From the NCBI RefSeq assembly GCF_009914755.1, contig NC_060929.1: a stretch of DNA of 64,000 nucleotides. One strand, written 5' to 3'. Below the pieces are notes generated by a model that did not search any database, had not been told where the DNA came from, and saw only the letters and a program-made list of their open reading frames with translations. Position numbers and translations under genes: made by a program. Below, in pieces: positions 25,991-39,288 of this stretch (positions are counted from its first letter, which is position 1; each line of letters opens with the position of its first letter). This stretch comes from the human T2T-CHM13v2.0 reference genome, Homo sapiens.

Positions 25991-26394
25991 ATCATACTAT
26001 AAAATCAACACAGAATGGATCTGCAAGAGTTATGTATAACCAGATTATCCACTAAAGTGATCCTTTCTTTCAAACACCCTATCCTTGGACCTTCCTAAGT
26101 CTGATGCTGTCCTAAAGATTTTTATGAGTTTCTGTAGGATATATTTTCATAGCCACTTCTGCTGTGAATTCCTGCTTCTACAGGATTCTGAGCCTCATTC
26201 ATGTTTTGACAACCCTTACTTTCTTCTTTGTCAGCTCTGTGCTGAGCCATCATGGAACTTATCTCCCTTTCTTTCATTTCCATGACAACTTTCTGTGTGT
26301 AGCAGAACTTATTAAAAGTTTGGGTCAGAGAAAGCTGTTTATCCCAAAGAAAGCCAGCAATTTATATTTGATTTTTACCATAACTCTATTCTTT

Positions 26395-26620
26395 TTTATT
26401 TTTCTTTTTTTTTTTTTCTTGGAGATAGAGTTTTGCTCTGTTGCCCAGGCTGGAGTGCAATGCCATGATCACAGCTCACTGCAACCTCTGTCTCCTGGTT
26501 CAAGAGGTTCTCCTGCCTCAGCCACCCTAGTAGCTGGAATTATAGGCATCTGCCACCATGCCCAGCTAATTTTTGTATTTTTAGTAGAGATGGGGTTTCA
26601 CCAGGTTGGCCAGGCTGGTC
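26395..26620 (-). mobile_element. 5'-truncated Alu with TSD
   Basis: Alu sequence stops at caggctggtc; TSD AACTCTATTCTTT at 26382-26394 and 26621-26633. Confidence 0.92.
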
Positions 26621-27073
26621 AACTCTATTCTTTAAAGTCTTCTAACTCTTTACAAGAATTTCCTATTGACAACATATATCCATAGAGTCCAGACTCCTGC
26701 CATGTTATCTATTCCTTCCCTCTGTCCCTCCTTCCCCTCTCCTCTCTGCTTTCCCACAATTCCTGTTACCTTCTCATGCAAAGCAACTTAGCTGCCTCTT
26801 TCTTTTGCTCATCTCTTTTTATCAAATAGTCATGTAACATGTTTTTATGTAACACATTTTCCCTAGTACTAAATGTTAATACTTTTTACTCCCTCATCAC
26901 ACTTGCAATGTCATGTTAAAGATGGCATGACTTCCAGGCAAAGCAAGACCTGATTAAGGTATTGACCTATCTAGTGAAGTAATATGATTATCAAAATTAA
27001 GGAGAATTTGTGATTAAAGTATAAGAAGCGAAGAATTTTAGAGGAAAACATTGTCTGTCCAAGTGCTATTTAG

Positions 27074-27075
<2 letters not shown>

Positions 27076-27105
<30 letters not shown>
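27076..27105 (+). repeat. A30 homopolymer
   Basis: Read directly. Confidence 0.95.
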
Positions 27106-27107
<2 letters not shown>

Positions 27108-27714
27108 ATCTCATTGTTTTAGGTATGTTCATGTATTCACATATTGATTTATTTGTATTCTCCCCCAAAAGATAAAATTGGAATTCTTCTATAGTGACCA
27201 CAACTGGTTGTCTTTCCTTAGAATTTGGAATTTCACAGTGTGGTTACGTCTGACTTGGAGATAGCTTTTCATTTGCAACAATTTATTACCAAAGGCTATG
27301 TGTATTTAACAATAATTTTATGTTGCAAGACTTGTGGCATTTGAGTAAAAGAAGAAAAAAGTATATAATAAAACAAACACTAGTGTTTTCTTGAGGAATT
27401 TTATACCAAATACTGCCATTTCTGAAAATCATTTCTCTCTTGGTTTAAGTTTTCTGTTATTGTCCTAACCTATCATACAAGATACCAGTAACTTTCACGA
27501 TTTCCTACAATCAGCAAATATTAAGTTAGGGGTTTTTGGTGATGGCAAACCAATGTATTATTTCACTTTTATTATTCTCTGTATCAATAATCTTATTTAT
27601 TTCAAGAACTTAAAATTTGGACTAAATGCAAGAACATGAGGCCTTGAGGTTATACACAAAGTTACCAACTGTGGTTAGAAGAACACAAGTCCTAAAGTGT
27701 ATGTATGTGTGTTC

Positions 27715-28230
27715 ACCCATTTATTGAACACTTTGTGCCAGGCACGCTGCTAGGCACTGGGGATATTAAAATGAAGACATCACTTTTGGCTTCCAGGTTT
27801 TTGAAAGTCTAGACAAAGGAAGGAGGCAGACGTGTAAACAGACAATCAAGATACGTGGTAAGTGCTGTAAGAGAGATGTGCCCAGGATGCTCAGAGGCAC
27901 AAAGGAGAATCAGCCTGCTCTTATTCCACTGGGAGAAGCGGCCATGCCCAAGGAAAATTTGAGAAGGAGATAGATGAAGTTTGAGCTGAACTTCAGGGAA
28001 GACCCAGGGTCACAGCCACTTGTGAGGCACAGAGGAAGAGAGTGTGGCCTGATCAGTATCTTGTGGCAGGAGTGAACCCCAGGGCTGAGAAGATAGGGTA
28101 GGCTACCCACTAAGAGTCTTGAATTTGGCAATAAGAATTTACATTTTAACCTGAATAAGCATCTGTGAAAGGATCTTAAGGGCAGTAAAGGGACAAGCTG
28201 ATTAGATTTGTGCTTTTGAAAGGGAGGTTT
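27715..28230 (-). mobile_element. L2
   Basis: catttattgaacac...tgtgccaggcac...ctaggcactgggga; tttgagctgaac. Confidence 0.75.
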
Positions 28231-29069
28231 GAAGGTAACGTGAAGGCACAACCACACGCACTCAGACTCTCCTATTTCTTTGCTGACTGTGTAATCCGCC
28301 GATGCTATTCCCAGCCTGCCTGGGAAACTGTCAAACTCCACTTCATACAAAGGAGCATCCATAAATGAAATGTTGCAAACAGTCTTTGGAAGTTGAGAGA
28401 CTACTGGCAGAGTGACGCCTAACCTGCCCACAACCAAGAGAGACTCTTTCTAGTACTTGGCCCTTGGGCTTTGATATAAGCAGAAGTGGTTTTATCATTT
28501 TCTTTAGAAGTGATTTGGAGAGAATGTTTTTAAGCCTCTTGTGGAATTGACTTCCTTTTTTGAACATTCCCAACCCTGCTTTGACATCTTTATTTCCTGC
28601 AGAATGCTGCTCCTGTATACCTTGAAAGTAATTGCTGTCACTGTCGTCATTAATTCGCTTCTCTTTGCACCTCTTTCTGGAGTCTGTAGGTGCAACTATG
28701 CTGTTAGAAGCAGTGTTCACATTTCTTTCTTAAGGCTTCAGCATTTTGTACAAAGGTACCAGATCTGGATCCAGTCCATGTGGAGGTTTGAGGGGAGTGG
28801 GGTTCAATACACTGGTACCATTCAATGAATGTTAAATAACACAAAGCATTGTGAAAGAGGGGCTTAAATCCTGAAAGGAGACATTGTGAACTAACCTTTT
28901 ATTCCCTGGGATTTTGATCCCAGGACAACTAAGAGCTATAGAATATCCTTTTTGCCCAAGAACAAAGTGGCAGAAATAGCACTTTTTAAAAAAAATCAAA
29001 TTATATTTTGTTTTCAAGTTTCAACAGAAAATTTGAGACAGTATTTCTCATTGTCTTTCTAATAGACTC

Positions 29070-29118
29070 TGGAGAAATAGTGGCTAATATTTTTAACATG
29101 TTAGCCACTATTTCTCCA
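29070..29118. repeat. Inverted repeat: perfect 18-bp arms, 13-nt spacer
   Basis: TGGAGAAATAGTGGCTAA (29070-29087) is the exact reverse complement of TTAGCCACTATTTCTCCA (29101-29118). Confidence 0.95.
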
Positions 29119-30859
29119 CAGATTTTAATGGAAAAATGAATGAGGAGATACTTTTTCCACCTCCCTGATGATTTTTGCAATAACTGAACTTTATAAGAAT
29201 ACTAAAAAAAAATCTTTTATGAGTCAGTCTTCCAGTACACTTGAAAATAATCAGATTTTCTTTCACTTCCCTTCCTCTCCTTATCAGGAGAGCACTTGCA
29301 ACCAGGCCATCTATGCATGTGGCTGAATAGCATCATAGAATCATTGAGAATGTCTTAAATATTAAAATGACTACCAATGTCCCTGAAGCCCTGAAACAGG
29401 TGGCAGCATCCCCACTTGGGGTCACCCATCAGTCCTATGAAGAGGACACCTACAGCAGCCGTTCCTTATAAAGAAAAACACGGTTGAGTCTTCATTACAC
29501 TTAATTAAAGAACAGCCGAAAATCCTGTCTTGCATTTTCAACACATGGTTCCAATTAGTGTCCCAAAGCAGGACGCTGACTTTGATAAAAGCATTCATGT
29601 GCACCTTTGGTGCCTGTACAATGTACTCTTTCATTTTACAAGGTGGCTGAAGTGCAGTTTTAAATATCTTTTTTTAAATATTAACAAAAAACCCAGGAGT
29701 ATAAGTTTAGAAAGAGGTGAAGAGAAGTGAAAACAATTTTGTTAGAATGGCTTGCCATAGGCTTCTAGAACCCTGTATGCAGAGGGCGGTTTATTTGGTA
29801 AAATCTGCACTGCTCATTTGCAGGGCTGTGTGCAAGAAGCATTACAGTTCCTGAGAGTTGCACTCAGAGGCCATTCGATGGGAGTTCCGTTACCTCAGGA
29901 AACACCACTTACTGTACTGTAAATTTGCTTCATATGACTGATCTGCTCAAAAGGCCCTGGAAAGCCCCATTCAAATAAATTGTTTCAGACCACGCTATAA
30001 CTGATGGACATCCATCTTCAGTGGACTCTCTGGGTAACTTCTGGAGGGTGGTATTTTTTAAGTAGGAAGGGAAAACTTGTGTCCTAGAATCTGGGAATTA
30101 GATGTGGAAATGCTTAATTTCGGTCATCACTTCTCACCTTTTGCCAAAATAAAGGGAAATAGCAAGAGGAAAAAGAAAGATAAAACAAGTAAAATGTTTT
30201 ACGACTGCTTCACATGGTGAGTGTTCCACACTGCCCCAAGAATAGTGGAATGATTTTCCACTTTGGGTCATGGGAAAGCGTGATGTCTTTAGTCCCAGAA
30301 GGGTGAGACACATACGGTTATACAGCCCTTCGTGAAAGCTGAAAACAATCCCCTTTGTGCCTGGCTTTCATTTTCAGAGATACCATTCAATTTTTGGCAG
30401 ATAATACACAAGTTAGAGAAATGTGCCCAGCAAGAACAATAAAAATCATCCCCTAGATTCATTACAAATTTCATTATTAGGAAATAGTCTCTAAAAGTGC
30501 CAAGGCAAGAACAAAAATATGAGCAGAGTAAAACTGAGCAAATGGATTTCTTCAGACCAATTACAACTTCAGTAAATAAATAATTAAGATGATCTTTCCG
30601 ATAGCTTCATTCTTGGAGACTTGGTGACAATAGATATACTATGTCTTCCCTTGGTTTTCAAAATTATAAAATAGAGTTTGTCACTTTTCTAAAAGGGATC
30701 CCAAATAGTGACGGACTGAAACTGTGCAAACCTGTTCTTCTTACAGGAATCAATTTTCCCCTCCTTCAGCTTATGCCCCCTAGTAACCACTGGTGATATA
30801 CCTTCATCAGGCAATAGAGAGAAGTATGCCATCTTCAATGAGTCCCTTTTTAACAGCCC

Positions 30860-31880
30860 CATTAACTCTTACTGAGTTGACTTATTTATACATAGGTGAG
30901 TATTATACATCATTAATGAATAATTCTAGACTTCAAATATCTCTAAATCTCCAAATCATTATTCAAACTGAACTGTGCTATAGGCACATTTCCTATTCAC
31001 TCATGAAATCTTGGACTTCCCAACCTCCAGAACCATGAGCCAAATAAATTCAGTTCATTGTAGATCCCCTACGCTGTGGTGTTCTCTTACAGCAGAACAA
31101 AACAAGACGGATCCTTGATTCATCTATGTCTCTCCCAACCTACATCCAATTCATAAGAAAAATACACCCAGAATTAAATTTTTTTTCTATCAACTTGAGC
31201 TAAAACAAGTTAGTATCCTATTTCAACTGGGTTATTTCAATAGCATCCCAACTAGTCACCCTACAACTCTTCAAATAGGAGGCAGTGACCATTTTAAGAT
31301 GTTGGATTCATATTCCTTCTCTGCTCAAAGCTTTTCCATGCCTTCTTGGCACACTCAAGTAAAAGCCAAGAGCTTTACTGTGGCTTACAAGACTCTGAGA
31401 ATAATCCTCTACCACTCCATTTCTCTGGTTGTATCCACTACCCTGCCCTGTTTTCCCCTCTTTTTGCTTCAGCCACACTCATGTCATTGCCATACTTTGA
31501 ACAAACCAAACCACTCCTGCTTTTGAACATGCTGTGTTTCCTAGCAGGAAAGCTTTCCCTTAGATACCCACAGAGTTGCTTCCTTGCTTTTTTCACGTTA
31601 TCAGGGAGGCCTTCCCAGACCACCCTATGTAAAACAGCACCCTCCTACTACTACCTATCACAGAAGTATTTTCCTTGCCCCGATTAGTTATTTTCCACAC
31701 CACCTATTAGACCTAGCATACTATATATTGTGTTTATTTGTTTTTTTGGCCATCTGTTCTCACCAGATTTTAAACAGGATTAGAACAGGGATTTAGTCTG
31801 TTTTGTTCTCTCCTACAACTTTGTTGCCTAGAACGATGTTGGGTACACAGTAGATTCTCAATCGATATTTTTTGAATTAA
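30860..31880 (+). mobile_element. L2 containing a short MaLR LTR 3' fragment (~31005-31110)
   Basis: L2 motifs tcttctctgctcaaag, gggaggccttcccagaccaccct and terminus; MaLR motif cttggacttccaacctccagaaccatgagccaaataaa. Confidence 0.7.
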
Positions 31881-32484
31881 TGATCTAAATCTACATTACT
31901 GATTAAATCAGTATCATGATGATTACAAGAGCAATAAGTCATAGAAAGCTTTGTTGATTGGACTCATTACAATTCTAGTACAACAAACCCTTTACTAAAT
32001 CTCACTTGAGAGGTTGTCTAAAGTACAACATCAGACTCTCTTAGCATTGATAGTGTTCACATATTACATGTCTATGTGCAAATCATATGTCCAAGCCCCA
32101 CCAATGTGAGGCTGAAAATAAAATCACATTAATTTTAAATATTCAAAATAAAACCTTAGCCTTCACCCTATGTGACTGTTGTGTTCTTCTCTTTACAAAC
32201 CCATCCTGCTCATCGTTTACTGTGTCAGCCAGCCATCTGGCTCAGACCTTAGGCCTCTGCTCCTTGCACGGGCCACTCTGCTCACTTCTCAAGCTCCCTG
32301 AAAGAGCTTCCTCAGGCTGCTGCCACTGCCACCATACTGCCTCATCCCAAAAGTGGGCATCAAGCTTTCTCTTGAAACTTGACATACACACAGCACAGTG
32401 GAAACCAGGCTGTCACTTAAATAAGTCCTTATCAAGCTCTCCAGTGATCTTCATATTCTGAATCCAGTGGAGAAGATGGGAGAG

Positions 32485-32698
<214 letters not shown>

Positions 32699-32929
32699 TA
32701 GGCAGCTCTGTATACCATACACAGGTGTGGAACTGGTTCAGATGCTGTATGGAGAAAACACAGCTGATGCAAGTGCTTCACACTGTTTTTAAAACAGGCT
32801 GTGGATGCTTATTTCAATGATCTCTACACTGAACCCCAATAAGAAAAAAAAAAAAAGGAGTTGCTGTGATTGGGTAGGATTCTGTAGTTGTGTTCCCTTA
32901 TGTTTTGTAAACAAAATTAATTTTGCAAG

Positions 32930-33125
32930 CTATTGATTAAGAGAATACACTTAAGAGTCAAAGAATTGAGTTCAAACCCCAGTTCAGGGTGACCCTTGGA
33001 AAGCGTCTTTCTCTCCCTGAACTACAGTTTCGTCATCTCCAAAATGCAGTCAATCATCCCAGGTGGTGCTGAGGACTAAAGGAGATGACATGAAATGGCA
33101 ATGAGCACAGGGCCTGGTGCACAAG
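32930..33125 (+). mobile_element. MIR
   Basis: gagttcaaaccccag...gtgacccttgg...cagtttcgtcatctccaaaatg. Confidence 0.7.
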
Positions 33126-34001
33126 AATGGCCCATGTGAAGTGTGAGGGGTTGTTCACGTTCATCTGCTGTCACTTCTATCCTAGCCTAAAACTGTTAGG
33201 AGGGGAAGGATGAGTGTGGTGTGATGCCCAAGGCAACAAAACCTGGTGCTGGTGACTAACTAACCGCTCTCCCAAGGGTAACAGAACAACTGCTTTTTTG
33301 TAAACTGGGTTAAATCACTCCCTGGTGTGGCTAACGATGACTAATACAGCAGAAGGGAGTGGGCTCCCCTGGTGCAAGGCACTATTGGGAAGTTGGCTGT
33401 GCTCTGCTTACAAAAACTGTGGGTCATCAGCGAGCTCTAATTCTTGTAGATCCTACGATAGTCCTTAATTTGCAAAAAGTTTACTCATTTGCAGAAAGGA
33501 TTTCAACCCTTACGATATACTAAATATAATTTCTGGGAAGTCCTTACAGACATCCTAAAGAGAAATACACTCCATTAATGGTGTGTTAATAGCCTTTTGA
33601 CAAGGCAGGCTGTGTTAGTGTATAAGACATTAGAATGGATAGAGACATAGAACTTGGTAGATGATAGGTAACAGGGAATATTAACCAGAAAACTCATACT
33701 GAAAACAGAAAAATGGCCCCTTTTGACCACAATATTGAAATTCTTTTATTTTTGTCTCTCTAATAGCACAGCAAGGCACAATATTTCAACTAGAGGTATT
33801 AGAAACGTTACTAGCATTAAGCAAATATGTAGCAACTTGCATAACTTCTTAGAAGTGAGTAAAATCCAGTTCCTCATTTTTTCAAGATTCCTTTTTACAT
33901 AGTACTCTAGATAGGATTGCAAAAGCAATGATCTTGCAAGAAACGGGACCTTCACTGCAAATGGGATACACCGTTAAAATACACAAGAGAAAGCATTTTA
34001 C

Positions 34002-34751
34002 TTTCTTTGTTTTCTTTTTAAGCTTTTATCATAGAATCAGAGGGCGCATGGGCAGGATTGTTACAGAGGAATTTTGCGAGATGCTGAGGTTTAGGGTATG
34101 ACTGAGCCTGTCACCCTGGTATTGAGCATAATACCCAATAGACAGTTTTTCAACTCTTACCTCCATCTCTCCCTCCCCCGTCTAGTAGTTCACAGTATCT
34201 ATTGTTCCCGTCTTGTGTCCCTGTGTACCCAATGTTTAGCTCCCACTTCTAAGTGAGAACATGTGGTATTTGGTTTTCTGTTTCTGCATTGTTTGCTTAG
34301 GATAATGGCCTCCAGCTGCATTCAGATTGCTGCAAAGAACCTGATTTCATTCTGTTTTATGGCTGCATAGTATTCCACGGTGTATATGTACCACATTTTC
34401 TTTATCCAATCCACTATTGATGGGCACCTGGGTTGATGCCATGTCTTTGGTATTGTGAATAGAGAGCTGTGATGAACATACAGGTGCAGGTGTCCTTTTG
34501 GTGGAATAATTTACTTTCCTTTGGGTATATACCCAGTAATGGGATTGCTGGGTCAAATGGTAGTTAACTCTTAGTTCTTTGAGAAATCTCCAAACTGCTT
34601 TCCACAGTGGCAGGACTAATTTACATTCCCACCATCAGTGTGTAAATGTCCCCTTTTCTTTGTAGCCTTATCAATATCTGTTATTTCTTGATGTTTTAAC
34701 AAAAGCCATTCTAACTGGTATGAGATGCTATCTCATTGTGGTTTTGATTTG
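34002..34751 (-). mobile_element. L1PA15/16-like 3' end
   Basis: ctcccacttctaagtgagaacatgtgg; cccagtaatgggattgctgggtcaaatgg. Confidence 0.9.
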
Positions 34752-35299
34752 AAAATATGAGTCTTTTTCTTCCCATATATTTAATCTTCTGTACTCATTT
34801 CAACCTGGTCTAATTTGCTAACCCAAACCTAGACTATATTGCCACATCCCTGCCAGGATTCTGAGAGAGGACAAGAGCCCCAAACTCAGGTATTAGCTAT
34901 TTCAGAGGTGCTCTTAGTTCTCCTAAACTTTCCTTGACAACTGTGAGGACTTTGGCCCCTTAAATCATATTATTGAGAACTAGACAATGTAGTCACAAGA
35001 CCTCTGATGCTAAGTGTTTGATTCTTGTTGCAGATTCCCCAATACTCCAATTCTCCAAGCAGTGGATCTTGAGCTGTGACTTCTGTCTGTCATAGGAAGT
35101 GTCCTCATCCCTGGAAGAAAGGTAGATCCCCTCAGAACCATGTCAGTCCTCCTCTCCACATCTTGCATTGTGGCTCAATCAGACATGCTCCCAATAAAGT
35201 TCCCAGGAACAGAGAAATCATAATTATTTCCTCATTTCTTTACTTATCTCTGAAAGACACAGAGGAGGGCTAGTGCATGTCAGGTACCCTACTGCCTGT

Positions 35300-36230
35300 C
35301 CAAGTTGTTTCTGCTTTTTAGAAATGTCTAAAAACTCCAGCTGAACTCATAATTTCCCTTCCACCTTTAGCCTACCTTGTTCCTACTTGGGCTTCTTCAA
35401 CTTGGTGTGTGTCATCACTGAATACCTGGTCACCAAAGTTGGAAACCTCATTGTGATTGTTGACTTTTTCATCTCCATGACTAAGCATTGACCCCAATTC
35501 CAGCCCCCAATCCATCTTCAAATTCTATCGTTTCTTCCTCTGTAATAGCGAATTCTCTCTATTCCCACTAAAATTACCATCATGTGTTACCTGCATCAAC
35601 ATCACAGCCACATACCAAGTCTGTCTTCCTCTAACTCTGCCCCATGCCAACTCTTTCTCCTGCTTTAGTCACTTTCCATCTCCATATTCTTCATTCTTCT
35701 GCCTTCTCTGCTTTCCACTGCCTTCAGTAAAATAAGTCCAGTCTTCATAAATTATCTTGCAAGGCCTGTCAGCATATGGTGCCTCCTTACTCCAGTGACA
35801 TTTTCAGTATTCTCCTCTTTGTCATCCACTCTGATTGACACTAATCCACCTCAGCTCTTGTGCTTTTTCTTTGCCTCCAAGCCCTTTCATCCACTCTTCT
35901 CTTTGTCTTGAGTATCCCTTCTCACTAAGCTCCCTTCATCCTCTGGCTAATTCCTATTTGTTTTACAAGTCTTGGATTCAGTGTCACTTTCTTCAGAAAC
36001 CTGTTACTGACTTTCCAAATCCTGATTAGGCATTCCTCGGGAGTATTCTTTTACCATATCTTCCTCACTAGAACACTTAGCACATTCTATTTTAACTGCA
36101 TATTTGTTTTTCTGATTATCTCAGACTGTCAGTTTATAAAGACAAGAACCCAGTCTTTCTTTTTTACTGTTCCATTCCTTGTACCCAGAGCAAGTCTTCC
36201 TGAATGAATACATGAATAAATTGAATAAAT
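35300..36230 (+). mobile_element. Fragmented L2
   Basis: Pyrimidine-rich L2 motifs; agactgtcag...aaagacaagaacc and a gaatgaat terminus. Confidence 0.6.
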
Positions 36231-37244
36231 GAGTGAGTATAATGGAAATAAACAAGAAAACATGTTTAAAAATTAAAAGAAACAATCTACATGTCAGATG
36301 CATCTGAGAGAGTGAGGGAGCTGAGGATGAAGTGAACTGTGGACTCATAGGTAGATGGTCTATGACCACAGCAGGAGCACTTTCAGTGGAGTGATGGGAC
36401 AGAAACCAGAGCCACGTGGATTGAAATTGGCTGGTACATGAGTGTGTGTAGACAGCAAATGTATAGACAAGTTGCTTAAAAAGTTGTGCCATGATAAAAG
36501 GAAGACATTGTTGATGCAGGAAGGAGAAGGGCTGACTGCAGGAACATACACATGAAAGATTGAAGAAATCCTTTGTAAGAAGGTCAGAATTATCCTTAGG
36601 GTCACCAAAAAGGCAGACACACACAAAAAAGGAAAACACAATTGGGCAAAAGTCCACAAACACATTTTAAATCAAAGTTCTGATAAAATGTGCTAGGACA
36701 AGTAAGAAAATTCCAGAAAGCACTAGCAAAGTAAGTTTACAATGTTGCTTAGCTCTGCTTTGTGCAGCAAGTAATAACTATATTGGTAGATTTTGTTGGC
36801 CTGTTGTGATAACAACATAAAGGGAAACAGCTGGCACTGGGGTGCAGGAAATCCTTTTGCTTTAATACATTATTAAATATTTAAGTCACAAAATTGTGAA
36901 GAGTTATACATCAATCAACCATCTAATCACTTCCCAGGTTAAGGAATAAAAAAAAAATTATTAAATACAGTTGAACACCTAGTGAATCTAGAATTTAAAA
37001 TGATATTTATCCCAAATGTGCAAATTTCCAAAGTGCAATTTATTTTTTAGCATGACAAATGTTTGCACTGTGGGAAGTCATAACCAACTTGTAGAAGTTT
37101 ATACAGAAAATATTTTCAGTAAACAAAGTGGAGTGCAGAACTTCAAGAAGAAAGTGTGAGGGACGTGATGATAAAAGCAAAGGAAGACTAGCAGATGTGC
37201 CCCAGGCCCTCCTCATTGTCATCAATCATAAGCCTGTCCTACTC

Positions 37245-38778
37245 CGAGGTTCCCAAGCAGTAGGTCTTGGACCCCTGGGGGTAGCAGAATTTATTGTGAG
37301 GGGTCTGTAAATCCATATGCACATTCAGTATGGAGAGACTAAATAAATAATATGTCATACACACACATTATTTTTAAACTGTCTGTAGTTGAGGTGATGA
37401 ATAACTTACAAATTCAGTTACTTGCTTCACCAAATTAATAGCAGCCTTTGATCATTAATGTATTTTCTCAATCTACAGACATTAAAAGTATAATTTCTAG
37501 CATGACACAGTCCTCATACTCAAAAAACTGGGGGCTATTGCTATTGTTACTTGCTAGAAAACATGTGTAAAGCCACTGGACGATCATTTAAATGGGAAAT
37601 AAAAGTTTGATTTAATGTTTTAATAGTTGTTTGCATTATAAAAATATCACTTACAATACATTTCAAGGAATAAGCTTGTTTTATTCACTTTTTGTTTCTG
37701 CAGACTGCTTGAGTGCTAAAGCCCTTCTTAGTCCATGCTCAATAGCACAAGGCAGTCAGACCTTGGAAAATGAAATCGAACATCCAAGGGACCAGTTCTT
37801 TCGGATTCTGAGTGGAGTTTCTCTTACTCTTTTGAACACTGATAGTCCTTCCTTTGGTGAAAAAAGGGAGGCGGAAATCTCACCTTCCTTCCACTTGCCT
37901 TCTGCTTGCCATGCCCTGAGCCCCACTAGGCAGCTCTACCCAGCATTGGCTCCTGTTTCTAATCCGTCTGCCCTTCTTTGCTTTATTCATGCAGAAGAGC
38001 TCAAGGCTCCCTGTGCACCCTCATTTGTCGAGGTCCTTAGCACGCACACTTCATTGAGTGTTGAATTGCTTTTTAGTCAGCTGTTTCAAATGCCTTTGTT
38101 TTTCCTCACCATAAGAGAATAAATAAATTGAAATATCTGAGCATAGAATTCATATTGCTTGTTGAATTAAATTGATTGTGGAGGAAAAGCAATGGCCCAT
38201 TCTTTTCTCAACTTCTCTTTCTCACTGTTGTCTAACTGAACAATAGAAATGCTCTTTTGAATATAGTCGTGTTTTCCAAAAACTCTTCACTGAAATACTT
38301 TCTAAAGTGAGACAGCACAAAAGATGGCACACTGACCCAGCATCATCACTTTGAGTTCCATAATGAGAAATTGACTTCTTTATGAATTGTCTTTCAATCC
38401 TGATCACATGAAGAAGAAAATCTTAATTCAGTGTTGGTGTGTATTTAACACTCTTCACACTGCCCTTTGCTTTTTCTCTATTTTTTTTAACAGAGAGAAT
38501 GTCTACACCTCACTTTTGGAGTCTTCAGCAGAAGATAACAGTATTTACCCAAACTTTAAAGCATTGTTTTATATTCATTGTGTATATCTATGTATATAAT
38601 AGCTACCTTCTATTTAAGTCCAATGATATGGTTTGTAAATCTGTTTACAGTAGTGATATAATCTTTTAAAATAATAGAAAAAGTGGTTCCATTTAAAGAA
38701 AAATATATGGATAATTGATGGTTTCATGGTACAGAAAAAACATGTAAGTTATTCAAAAACAAAGTTTGCGAGGACCTG
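37245..38778. mobile_element. Possible decayed hAT-Charlie transposon
   Basis: Ends cgaggttcccaagc and gtttgcgaggacctg resemble Charlie terminal inverted repeats; weak transposase-like peptide on the minus strand at 38222-38407. Confidence 0.35.
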
Positions 38779-38930
38779 CCCTATCACAAAGCAAATACAT
38801 TAGTGAGAAGCAGAGAGTATTAACCTGTGATCCTAAACTCTTTTGTCAATGTGGAAAAGGCATTCATCACCCAGCATCCTGTAAGAGGACCCAGAAGAGG
38901 TTACTTTTATGGCCATATGAGGTGAGTAGG

Positions 38931-39288
38931 TGATATGATTTGGCTGTGTCCTGACCCAAATCTCATTTTAAATTGTAGCTCCCATAATTCCCACGTGTTG
39001 TGGGAGGGACCCAGTGGGAGATCAAATCATGGGAGTGGTTTCCCTGATACTGTTCTCATGGTAGTGAATAAGTCTCACAAGATCTGATGATTTTATAAGG
39101 GGCTTCCCCTTTTGCTTGGTTTATATTCACTCTTGTTTACCGCCAGGTGAGACGTGCGTTTTGCCTTCTGCCATGATTGTGAGGCCTCCTCGGCCACATG
39201 GAACCCTGAGTCAATTAAACCTCTTTTTCTTTGTAAATTACTTAGTCTCAGTTATGTCTTTATTAGCAGCATGAGAACGACTAATACA
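38931..39288 (+). mobile_element. THE1C/D solo LTR
   Basis: tgatatgatttggctgtgtcc...ctcccataattcccacgtg...ctaataca; TSD GTAGG at 38926-38930 and 39289-39293. Confidence 0.93.

Noticed and set aside
26164-26685. 173-aa ORF
   Set aside because: Low-complexity sequence running through an antisense Alu (VAQAGVQ..., GFHQVGQAG).
27910-28828. Several 95-175 aa ORFs
   Set aside because: Partly L2-derived, non-ATG starts, no recognisable protein family.
36121-36665. 180-aa minus-strand ORF
   Set aside because: Overlaps decayed L2 sequence; biased composition and no recognisable domain.
37631-38122. 163-aa + strand ORF
   Set aside because: Non-ATG start and no recognisable homology; more likely chance or antisense to an old transposon.
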